Source: Octopus sinensis
Taxonomy: Eukaryota
DNA length: 64,000 nucleotides
Direction: 5' to 3'
Assembly: GCF_006345805.1 (NCBI RefSeq)
Contig: NW_021831868.1
Location: 606-64,605, forward strand
Part shown: positions 25,205 to 36,990 of the stretch, piece by piece
How positions within the stretch are numbered: the first letter of the stretch is position 1
How the letters are laid out: each line of letters begins with the position of its first letter
The notes under the pieces: model-generated
What the model saw: only the letters and a program-made list of their open reading frames with translations
What the model was told of the DNA's origin: nothing
Databases searched by the model: none
Position numbers and translations under genes: made by a program

Positions 25205-25378
25205 TCAAGGACATTTACTCCTCATGGACAATTACCCCTGAGAACAGATGGTGATTTAAAATTTCTTCATATATAACCAAGGTTGTATTTGTCCAAGATG
25301 GTAGTTGTCGTCAGAGAGAATTGTCCTACGGGGAGGGGGTTAATTATCCTCGGGGGCGGGGCGGGAATTGTCTTGATA
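25205..25378. mobile_element. Possible MITE with inverted GGACAATTnCCCC motifs, interrupting a SINE B tail
   Basis: GGACAATTACCCC (25226-25238) faces GAATTGTCC, GGGGTTAATTATCC and GGGAATTGTC. SINE B-like sequence lies on both sides. Confidence 0.4.
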
Positions 25379-25585
25379 CGAGTATAAATCAGACTTGAAA
25401 GTGTTAGTACAAGAGTGGATATATTCGACTGAACTGCTTCGTGGTGGTGCCCCAGCATCGCCGGAGTCTTATAACGAAACATGTAACAAAAAAAAAAGGA
25501 AAAAACAAAACGGTATCGTTGTGATATCTTTTGGGCTAGTAGTGTTATTACAGTACTTAACAAAAATACTTTGAGGTGTTTTATT

Positions 25586-26534
25586 AAGGCGGCGAGCTGG
25601 CAGAAACGGCAGCACGCCGGGAGAAATGCTTAGCAGTACTTCGTCTGCCGTTACGTTCAAATTCCGCCGAGGTCGACTTTGCTTTTCATCCTTTCAGGTC
25701 GATTAAATCAGTACCAGTTACGCGCTGGGTCGATGTAATCGACTTAATCCGTTTGTCTGTCCTTGTTTGTCTCCTCTGTGTTTAGCCCCTTGTGGGTAGT
25801 AAAGGAATAGGTATTTCGTCTGCCGCTACGTTCTGAGTTCAAATTCCACCGAGGTCGACGTTGCCTTTCTTCCTTTCAGGGTCGATAAATTAAGTACCAG
25901 TTATGCACTGGGGTCGACATAATCGACTTAATCCGCTTGTCTGTCCTTGTTTGTCTCCTCTGTGTTTGGCCCCTTGTGGGTAGTAAAGGAATAGGTATTT
26001 CGTCTGCCGTTGCGTTCTGAGTTCAAATTCCACCGAGGTCGACGTTGCCTTTCTTTCTTTCAGGGTCGATTAATTAAGTACCAGTTATGCACTGGGGTCG
26101 ATATAATCGACTTAATCCGCCTGTCTGTCCTTGCTTGTCTCCTCTGTGTTTAGCCCCTTGTGGGTAGTAAAGGAATAGGTATTTCGTCTGCCGTTACGTT
26201 TCAAGTTCAAATTCCACCGAGGTCGACTTTGCCTTTAATCTTTTCGGGGTCGATAAAGTAAGTACCAGTAACGCACTGGGGTCGATATAAACGTCTTAAT
26301 CCGCTTGTCTGTCCTTGTTTGTCTCCTCTGTGTTTGGCCCCTTGTGGGTAGTAAAGGAATAGGTATTTCGTCTGCCGTTGCGTTCTGAGTTCAAATTCCA
26401 CCGAGGTCGACTTTGCCTTTCTTCCTTTCAGGGTCGATTAATTAAGTACCAGTTACGCACTGGGGTCGATGTAATCGATTTAATCCATTTGTCAGTCCTT
26501 GTTTGTCCCCCTCTATGGGCAATAAAGAGATAAG
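25586..26534 (+). mobile_element. SINE A pentamer (one head plus five ~183-bp units) with 22-bp TSD
   Basis: Cores at about 25672, 25854, 26037, 26221 and 26405. AAATACTTTG(A/G)GGTGTTTTATT at 25564-25585 and 26535-26556. Confidence 0.9.
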
Positions 26535-27357
26535 AAATACTTTGGGGTGTTTTATTTCTGTGTGATAACTGTAGAAAAATTATCGGTATTCTTTCCACGT
26601 CTTTTCTTTGATTCCTTTCTGTCGTATCCTTCATATTGATTAATTGTTTTCTTTTTCATACACAAATTCCTGTTGTATGCATCGACAAAGAGTAAAAGAA
26701 AGAGGAACGGAGAGAGGTAATTACGTCACCCTGTCTCTTTCTTAGGTTTCACCGCGAAGGCTAACCACCCGTTAAAAGTTGTGTACGTGACAATTTCATT
26801 CCCCTTTTGTCTGAACCGTTACATAATTATCTTTGGGTACAAAGAAGAGAAAGGGTACTCAATACTTATAGGTGATATTTATTGGGACAAAGCTGGCAGT
26901 TCACTTCGCTGATAATCAAATATTCTCGCTCGGCGAAATTCTTCATGTGACAGCAAAAATTGAATGGTGAATTACGCTGCACCAGGCATCAATACAGGAT
27001 GGTTGAAGAGTTATACTTTTATTGACCACAACCAGCATATTCTGTGATGGCTGTTTATGTGCGTATGTATTAGATAAATGAATGGATGGCTAGCTCTGTT
27101 TTCGCATTTCTCGAAATGGGAAACTATTCTACGAGCTTATGAACTAATTGCGTGTGACCAAAGAAATATTAATCGAGAAAGCAAATGTTAGTTTTACTAG
27201 ACTCACATTTTAAATTGTTTTCTTTTGTTTCCTTATTTACTTCTTAAATTTCTGAAATGAAATTTTGAAAGGATGTATTTTTTTCAGTGGGACATTTGGA
27301 GAACATCTCTTTTTTCTATTTTGGATTTTTGTCTTATATTTTCCTAGGATACTTTCT

Positions 27358-27428
27358 TAATTATTTACATTATTTACATTTGACGGATATATTTGTCCTC
27401 ATCTTGTTTCTTGTTAACACAACGTTTG
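27358..27428 (-). mobile_element. SINE E 3' fragment
   Basis: Reverse strand AAACGTTGTGTTAAC...GAGGACAAAT...AAATGTAAATAATGTAAATAAT shares its tail with 27582-27830. Confidence 0.6.
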
Positions 27429-27581
27429 CATGAATAGTTACTGATTCTTCTATTTATGTTTGTGGCTAGGTTTCGCATTCCATTTGAGAGCTTGGTGGAG
27501 GAAGGTTTGGAGCTTCTGTTGGTATAAGCAATTTCCTCAAATGGCTTTTAGAAAGAGTGATAATATCACTCTTTCAGTCCA

Positions 27582-27652
27582 GGCATATGGCTTAGTGGTT
27601 AAGAGCGCCGGCTACTAATCCCAAGATTCCGAGTCCGATTCCAGGCAGTGAA

Positions 27653-27704
<52 letters not shown>

Positions 27705-27830
27705 TCGAAAGATTCCCTAGAAATGAGAACCCAGGTTCGAAATTTCCCGAAGACACCTGATGAAGGCTGAAGGGACAAATGTAAATAATATAAATAATGT
27801 ACATAATTCCTCATCTTTTAAATATAGAAC
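27582..27830 (+). mobile_element. tRNA-headed SINE family E with internal (AAT)n and internal deletion
   Basis: TGGCTTAGTGGTTAAGAGC A box, GAGTCCGATTCC B-box-like, then (AAT)n and GACACCTGATGAAGGCTG. Confidence 0.7.
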
Positions 27831-29405
27831 AGAACTACTTTCTTAATTTCTTTTTTCAATTTCTTTATTTATTTTTAAAAAACAATTTAATGAAATTTTG
27901 AAAAATATCCTCTTTTTTTTAGTAGGGCATTTGGAGAACATTTCTCTTTTCTGTTTAGGATATTTTGTTATATATTTTCTTAGGATATTTTTTTAACGTG
28001 AGTAGGTACTTAGACCTCTGAGGCTTGCAATTGTATGTTTTGCTTACGGACAACATGGCTGTTTCTTTGATACTTCCTACTATTGGAATATTAGCGATAC
28101 TTCGATTTTTTAGCTACCATTTTCAACAATACAAAGATGTTGAGTTGAAGCTGCTTCCTTACGTGAAGGAATTGATATGATCTGTATGCCCGACACTGAA
28201 AACAAATATAAGTAGAAGAATTTCTAAGCTATCACGCAATCACTATAACGAGACATTAGCAAGGAGTTCATTCTCCGATAAGTTAGTATATATGGAGAAT
28301 GCCCTAGCCTCAAACAGAATCCGACCAGAATCAGAAAGACAATCTCGTTCAATCCTTCCTTATACATAGATGTTTCAGCTGATGTAGCTGGGAGCATCCT
28401 GGTTCTAATTAAATATACATTTCTCTCGGATCAATCGGCATTACAAATTCCTATAACTCCATAATGTTAAAGTCACTTACACATGCTTAGACATTTGTTT
28501 AGCATCGGTCGCTACAATAGACGTAAACACACAACTTCAAAGCTATCAATTCACATTCCTGCCTGTAACTGTTGAAATCCTACAATTTCCCACTGGATGG
28601 ATCTTGCCTACCAAAGGCTGTAATTTATAGCGATACTCTCCGTCATTCTATAGAATTATAAGACATGCACGGCCATCAAAGCCAATGATTTTAAGGGATG
28701 GTGTACATTGCATATGCACTCCTTCATGTGCAGATATGGGGAAAACGCACTCCCCCTGTTTCACTTCATCATGAGAGACTGCGAGAATTGGAATGATTTC
28801 CTTAACACCAAACGGAATATTAATGATATCCCTGTAATTCGCAATTGCCAACTCAGTCTCTGTGAGAGACAATACATACTCTATCAATCCGCATTATCCT
28901 TCAAGAGAAAGAATGAACTATCGTAATGTTACCACCAGAGGTTCACCTTGATAATAAACTTCAAGACACTGGTAACTGACAATACTGATATACCACCGCA
29001 GGACAGACTGTCCCATATGTGTAGAGTATTTAATCACTGCTGCTCGTATAGAGTACAAACCCGTCTATGTTGATCATTCAACATCAATTGTAATTCACCT
29101 CCATTAAATTGGGTGAATTCCATGTAAAGACTGCTGTCGCTAATGTGTTAATAATCAACTGAGCTATATCTGAACGTCTGACTCACGCTGTCAGCATGTG
29201 CAGTACCCAATGTGAGCAAATTATTTCGCTGAATACACAATGCTCTAATCATAGTTGTACCAATTCAAGATTTATCTGAGGCAAAAGAAAAAGAATATAT
29301 ATTCCAGTAGTCGCTCAACCGAATAGAAACTGCGTCCAAAAACCACCTGTAAATCTCACCCGTAAGATTTTAAGAATCCGAAGGAGATCTTGGACTATAT
29401 AGTCT

Positions 29406-29453
<48 letters not shown>

Positions 29454-29499
29454 TTAGAATATTTTAGAAAGGTTTTGGCCAGTGTTGGCCCAGGCCATG

Positions 29500-29815
29500 T
29501 CTAACTTAATAGCACCACCTGGTGAATTCTTTCACTTCAGGATTTGGGCACCAAGGCCCATTCGAGCAGAGAGTTATTGTTTGCAGAGACATATCCTGGT
29601 GTGGGTGGTTTGTCCGGGACTGTTTGAAGGAATTTGTCCAAAGACTTCTTGAATTTTGTGTGGTCAGTTTCTGTTTTGACGTGTCCTGGTGTAATGTTGA
29701 AGAGAGCGGGGCCAATTGAGGTGAAATAATTGTGCCGTATTGTTGTTATGAGATGCGATTTAGATTTTTGATGTGGACGGATGGCACGGGGTCCAAGTCT
29801 TGGATGTATTTTGAA
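29500..29815 (-). mobile_element. CR1/L2-group LINE, C-terminus of ORF2 and 3' end
   Basis: NYFTSIGPALFNITP...FKKSLDKFLQTVPDKPPTPGYVSANNNSLLEW resembles the C-terminal pattern of CR1/L2-group ORF2. Confidence 0.75.
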
Positions 29816-30063
29816 TATATATATATATATATATTTATAAAATAAGGGCAAAAGAAAAATTCTAATGCCAAATATGCCGAAAAAAAGACAAAATTGTCTT
29901 TTTTTTCAGCATATTTGGCATTAGAATTTTTCTTTTGCTCTTATTTTTATAAGTTGTTTATAAATTTAACCTTTAAAGGTATTTTTTGATATGCTGGCCA
30001 TTGATAAAAATTTTTTCAAACAAAATTTTATACTACATTAGTTATATATATATATATATATAT

Positions 30064-30122
<59 letters not shown>

Positions 30123-30574
30123 ATCCCTCATAAATTACTAGCCGTGGTTGGAATACACTTGGTTATACTTATCTACTTAATGAAGCAGATAACTATGACC
30201 AATAAATAACAACAAACAACAAACAAATACAACAGGAACAATCACACAAAGAAAAAAAAATAGCAAATAGAAATACAAACATTACGGTAAAATGCGACAA
30301 TGAACGACGTCCACTCATCTGGATATTTTCTAAGTCCAACAGACGAACACCGGCCATCTTGTAGCTGGGTAATCTCAGGGATTTAGCATGTTTTCATTGT
30401 ATCACGTTTTACTTAGTTGTTTTTCATTTTCTTTCGTTCTTCTATGATCATTAATAGGATTCCAAAGAGATAGATTAAAGAATTGTTCTATTTCCATCAA
30501 ACCCAAATTTCATTTTTTCCTCCTATCGTCTCCTAAATCCTTCTCTCTGTACATTCCACATTCTTGTCAATTTA

Positions 30575-30575
30575 G

Positions 30576-30664
<89 letters not shown>

Positions 30665-30686
30665 CATACCTATCTATCTCTTTATC

Positions 30687-30728
<42 letters not shown>

Positions 30729-30758
30729 TATCAATCTATCTATCTACCTATCCATCTT

Positions 30759-30801
<43 letters not shown>

Positions 30802-30878
30802 GTCTGTCTGTCTGTCTGTCTATCTCTCTCTCTTTCTGTCTGTCGTTCTGCATGTACGTATTTCTCTTAGATAGATAT

Positions 30879-30949
<71 letters not shown>

Positions 30950-30993
30950 CAACTGGAGTTTGACCTTTCATGACGGATCAAAACAGAAAGATT

Positions 30994-31040
<47 letters not shown>
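30575..31040. repeat. (TATC)n, (GATA)n and (GA)n microsatellites
   Basis: Direct reading. Confidence 0.95.
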
Positions 31041-31043
<3 letters not shown>

Positions 31044-31484
31044 AATGGAGGAACGGGACATGCCATCAGACAGAGAAACAGACAACTAGTCTAACTTCAT
31101 TTCGACAATAGTTGTTGGAACAAAAGCCACAAAATGATAACTACAATAACACAACAACAACAACAACAACATGTTGAGGATATTCTTTTATGTTAATTTT
31201 TTTTTTTAAATAAGACTATATAGAAAAATAACATCTCTCGGAGCATCAATGTACAGTTTTTGCTTTTTCATTCTATTTTTTTTTGTGAGCTTTGCTTTCA
31301 TTTTTTTTTATCTGTTGCTTTCTTTGTATTATATGATTTTATTGTTATCGTAAGATAAAATCTAGAGCCGAAATTTTTGACATGAACAATTTTTATCGGA
31401 AGACGGCAAAATCCAGTGGTATTAAGTTTTGATGTTACACATAGCCACATTTATAGCAACAAATATATAGCTATCTAGATAGAA

Positions 31485-31515
<31 letters not shown>

Positions 31516-31599
31516 CATATATATATATATATGTGCACATAGCGACACACGCACATACATATGCATAAATATATGCACTTTTGTAAATATACATTTCAG

Positions 31600-31655
<56 letters not shown>

Positions 31656-31658
31656 ATG

Positions 31659-31707
<49 letters not shown>

Positions 31708-31749
31708 GTATAATATATATATATGTATATATATATAAATATATCATAC

Positions 31750-31825
<76 letters not shown>

Positions 31826-31894
31826 ATTTTTGTTTTTCATAATGAGATAAAAAAAACCAAGGCTGTGTGGATTTTAGAACATTTATAGATAGAT

Positions 31895-31944
31895 GGTCTT
31901 ACAGCTGTTTCCAGAATATCTATTATATCCCTTCATAGGAGACG
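31895..31944 (-). ncRNA. Degenerate minimal type-I hammerhead ribozyme motif
   Basis: GTCT-CCTATGA-A-GGGATAT/ATATTCT-G-GAA-ACAGCTGT-A-AGAC. Stem III is palindromic and the core is mutated. Confidence 0.55.
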
Positions 31945-32172
31945 GTGTGAGAGGATGGTTAAAAAAATAGTTAATTTAGATAAGAGATAAAATAGAGAGT
32001 GAGGTGGAGGAAAGAAAAGAAAATAGATGTGATATATGTAAGGGATGTTGTGTTTGTAGATCCATTTTTTAGGCAGAATGGTATACATATAATATTCCAA
32101 TACCTTTTGAGTAAAATCCAATAGTATTTAAAATTGGTCTATCAATATATATATATATATATTAATATATTA

Positions 32173-32212
<40 letters not shown>

Positions 32213-32454
32213 ATATATATATATATATATATATTGAAATGTTTCAGCTGCGGTCATGCTGGAGCACCACTATTGACTGAGCTACACATTATTTGGAACC
32301 TTCCTAATATGTGACATTTGGTCAATGAGGTATTTTCATACTGTGCCCCTCATCTATGTTCCCTACCGTGAGATGGCGATGCTGGGATCCTTGGCACTAT
32401 GCAGTGGAACCCCGTTCTGCAGTTTGAATAACTTTCAATGTCCCTGTATATATG

Positions 32455-32515
<61 letters not shown>

Positions 32516-32860
32516 ATATATATATATATATATATGCCTATATATGATTACATGTGTATATATATATATATGTATATATGAATACATACACGCACAAATA
32601 CAGAGGATGAGAGAGAAAGAGAAGAGAGAAAGAGTGTTAAGCATACGTACATCTGGGTACGTATGTGTATAATCTATATGTATATATTGTCTAACATCAA
32701 TTTTTTACATGTTTATATGTATGTGTGCATATACATACATACTTACATATATATATATATAGTCCTTCACTGCGAGAGAATTAAAATAAAATTGCCTCGC
32801 AGAGGGGCAAAAACAGACATGATATATATATAATATGTATGTATGTGTGTGTGTGTGTGT

Positions 32861-33131
32861 GTGCTACACATCGCTGGTCACAACGCGTTCGCATTGTTTT
32901 TTTAGCCTTCGAATGACGCTACCCTGCTGGCTAAGCGAGCAGGGCAACAGAAGAAAGAGTGAGAGAAAGAGTAGTGAAAGAGTACAGCAGGGATCACCAC
33001 CCCCTGCCGGAGCCTCATGGAACTTTTAGGTGTTTTCGCTCAATAAACACTCACAACGCTCGGTCTGGGAATCGAAACCGCGATCCTAAGACCGCGAGTC
33101 CGCTGCCCTAACGACTGGGCCATTGCGCCTC
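32861..33131 (-). mobile_element. SINE C head with alternative tail (T2)
   Basis: Head matches 34303 and 59465 copies; after CTCTCACTCTT it continues into GTTGCCCTGCTCGCTTAGCC... rather than tail T1. Confidence 0.8.
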
Positions 33132-33166
33132 TACACACACACACACACACATATACATACATACAT

Positions 33167-33272
<106 letters not shown>

Positions 33273-34302
33273 TATATATATATATTATGTATGTATGTTA
33301 TGTATATATATATTTGTGCTATATTTATGTGCTATCTGAGTATATTCTAGTGTGATGAAGGCAGAGCATTTCTTATGCTTATGCAGAGCCAGAAATCTGG
33401 TATTATCTGGAATTATCCAGCAATTTTCTTGCTAATTTCTGTTGTCTTCTTTTCTTCTCTCCTGGTACTATATGAACATTTAATGAACATATATGAACAT
33501 TTAATGTGGCTTTAGAGTCAAGATTTGGCTGCTATTTCCAGTGTGGTGGTATCTCTTAGATACCCTAAATTATAATTATATATATATATGTATAGACTCG
33601 CGCATACATAGGCACATGCACACGCACACGCACACACATATGCACGCACGCTTGTATCTATATGTGAATGATGGAAGCACTGCACTCTTTATATGTGAAT
33701 ATACGTAGACAGAAACACATATACGTGCATATATTTACAACCTACAGTTATTAGTGTTTTTACTTTGTCTAATCTAACATCTCGAAGGTCAAATCTGATA
33801 ACGACCCCTTCGCTTTGGTGAAGGTCGATCGTCTGAAAAACTAATTGCACTACATAAACCTTAGAACACACAAGTGGCAAAACCTGATACCTGTCTGTAT
33901 CTAACTCAGATGTACTCATTAACCCCTATCTTTCATCTACACGTGTTTACAATCTGCATTTGTTTTCGATCAGCGGATCTTACTAGAATTGTCTCCCTTG
34001 CAATTTTATTTTATTTTATCTTAGTTTTAGATTTTAATCATCCCTAGAGGAAGATCTTGTCTACTAATTACTTGGATAATCTTATTTGATTTTCTTTTCA
34101 ACTCATTATATTACGTATGTGATATCTTATCTTGTTTGTTTTCCTGTTTTCTGAATATCTTCGTGATACTATTGGAAAGAATAATGTTACAGATACTAAA
34201 ATCACTGCTGAACGGAAAGCGAACTGGTGCCGTTAGCAACTGCTCCACTCCTAAACAATGATAGCCTCTCAATCTGTCAATTGTGTAGTAAGTCATTAAT
34301 GT

Positions 34303-34523
34303 GGAGGCGCAATGGCCCAGTGGTTAGGGCAGCGGACTCGCGGTTATAGGATCGGGGTTTCGATTCCCAGACCGGGCGTTGTGAGTGTTTATCGAGCGAA
34401 AACACCTAAAGCTCCACGAGGCTCCGGCAGGGGATGGTGGTGATCCCTGCTGTACTCTTTCACCACAACTTTCTCTCACTCTTACTTCCTGTTTCTGTTG
34501 TACCTGTATTTCAAAGGGCCGGC
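34303..34523 (+). mobile_element. SINE C 5' part
   Basis: GGAGGCGCAATGGCCCAGTGGTTAGGGCAGCGGACTCGCGG...GGTTTCGATTCCC tRNA-like head. Confidence 0.85.
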
Positions 34524-34550
34524 AGACACACAAATACACACACACACACG

Positions 34551-34593
<43 letters not shown>

Positions 34594-34715
34594 GCACATA
34601 TATATACATACATATATACGACGGGCTACTTTCAGTTTCCGTCTACCAAATCCACTCACAAAGCTATAGTAGAAATCACTTCAGTAGAGCTGAATCCGGA
34701 ACCATGTGATTCGTG
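34524..34715 (-). mobile_element. SINE B fragment (internal CA tract and part of head)
   Basis: CGACGGGCTACTTTCAGTTTCCGTCTACCAAATCCACTCAC...CCGGAACCATGTG. Confidence 0.7.
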
Positions 34716-34903
34716 TGATTTCCTTTGAGTTACGAATATAAGGGTATCGACAATGGACAGATACCGATTTCTACATCCGGTGTAGCGTTGATTTTGCTCC
34801 CAGATAAAATTAAACCCACGCTAATTCTGTCAGTATTTAGTTTATTTGATCGAATAGCTTTAATATTATCGTCGAAACCGATGAGCGTTCATATACTTTT
34901 GGT

Positions 34904-35126
34904 GGAGGCGCAATGTCCCAGTGGTTAGGGCAGCGGACTCGCGGTCGTAGGATCGCGGTTTCGATTCCCAGACTCTCTGTGTCACGCTGAATATCCCCGA
35001 GAACTACGTTATTGGTACACGTGTCTGTGGAATGCTCAGCCACTTACACGTTAATTTCACGAGCAGGCTGTTCCGTTGATTCGGATCAACCGGAACCCTC
35101 GTCATCGTAACCGACGGAATGCTTCC
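34904..35126 (+). mobile_element. SINE C head joined directly to tail T1 (internal deletion)
   Basis: ...GATTCCCAGAC|TCTCTGTGTCACGCTG...GACGGAATGCTTCC. Confidence 0.8.
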
Positions 35127-35549
35127 ATATACTTTTAGCTTTATAATGCGATGTATCTATGCATCCATTACGTGTGTATGGCGGTTTGTATGTATCTGCG
35201 TGTATCATGCATATAAATGGTAGATCTTGCGGCTGATGGCTAGACAATAAAACTGTTGCAACCCCATCTCTTTGTTCTTCCCCGTCTTCTCTTTTCACCT
35301 TTACGCTCTTTCCTTGAAATGTCACCAAATTTAACCAACCAACCTCTTCCTTTTCATAATTTCCAGGTGCCTTTGTCAGATTCTCAATAGCCTCGTTGGC
35401 ACAACATTTCAACTCATGTAATAATAGCTCTTCCACAGAAATTCCTGTCTCTCAGACTTCAAACACCGATCTTCAGGATTTTTCTTAGCCAGCTCTCACG
35501 TCCCTGACCAGTTCCCCACCTTCTTTTGTAACCTACAAACATCGCTCAC

Positions 35550-36163
35550 TTATACATACATACATACATACATACATACATACATGCATGCATACATACA
35601 TGCATGCATACATATATACATACATACATACATACATACATACATACATGCATGCATACATACATGCATGCATACATGCACGCATACATACATACATACA
35701 TACATACATGCATGCATGCATGCATACATACATACATACATACATACATAAATGCATACATACATACATACATGCATGCATGCATACATGCATGCATACA
35801 TACATACATACATACATACATACATACATACATGTATATACGTGTATATACATCCACGCACACTCATATACATACACACATGCATACGTACATACGTACA
35901 TATATATATACATACATACACACATACATGCGTATACGGGTATGTATTGCCACACACACTCATATACATACATACATGCATACACACATATACATACATC
36001 CATACATACACACATACATGCATATACGTGTATATACATCCACGCACACTCATATACATACATACATGCATACACACATATACATACATCCATACATACA
36101 CACATGTATATACATACATACACACATGCATACGTACATACATATATATATGTGTGTGTGTGT

Positions 36164-36195
<32 letters not shown>

Positions 36196-36802
36196 ATTTG
36201 AATATCTATTTTACTGTTCGAAGACAAAAAAGGGGGGGAAATATACAGGAATATTTACAGATAGATAGAACGGTATTCCATTTTTGGTTTGTTTGTTCTG
36301 TGAATCAGGTGCAAAAATCGGGAAAATCTACCACCACCACCATCAACACCACCACCTTCAGCACCACCACCACTACCACCATCATCACCAACATTACTAC
36401 TACTACTGCTGCTACTACTGCTGCTGCCGCTGCCACTACTACTACTACTACTACTACTACAACTACTACCACCATCACTACTACTACTGCTGCTGCTGCT
36501 ACTACTACTACTACTAATACTACTACTACTACTAATAATAATAATAATAATAATAATGCTGCTGCTGCTGCTACTGCTGATGATAATGCTAACGATGATC
36601 ATGATGAGATTGTTGTAGTCACTGCTACTAGTATCCTTACTACAACTACCACTAGAACTACAGCTGCTGATGCTGATGCTGATGATGATGATAGTAATGA
36701 TGACGATCAGGATGAAGAGCTTGCTGCGGCTGCTACTGCTACTGCAATATACAAAGGCCGTTACCATCATTACTAGTGCCACTAATATGACCATCAACAG
36801 CG

Positions 36803-36853
<51 letters not shown>

Positions 36854-36990
36854 GCTACTGCAGCACCGACATTATTGCTAATAGCCTACTATCACCACCA
36901 CCACCACAACAACCACCACTACCATCACTACCATCATCACCATCACCACCAACATCACCATCACCACTATCATTACCATCAACATACTTT
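35550..36990. repeat. (CATA/CATG)n, (TG)n and trinucleotide microsatellite block
   Basis: Direct reading; source of the 390-aa H/T/Y/I-rich ORF. Confidence 0.95.

Noticed and set aside
25586-26534. CRISPR-like regular array
   Set aside because: Units are 183-bp SINE bodies with no unique spacers, in a eukaryotic context.
34193-34287. Exon defined by TTACAG and GTAAGT
   Set aside because: Stops in all three frames and no other support.
34303-34376. Functional tRNA genes at SINE heads (also 2388, 27582, 46021, 63267)
   Set aside because: A and B boxes are present but acceptor stems do not close, and each continues into a shared SINE body.
35533-36848. 390-aa and other HTYI/MYVC ORFs
   Set aside because: Products of (CATA)n and trinucleotide repeats with no domain content.
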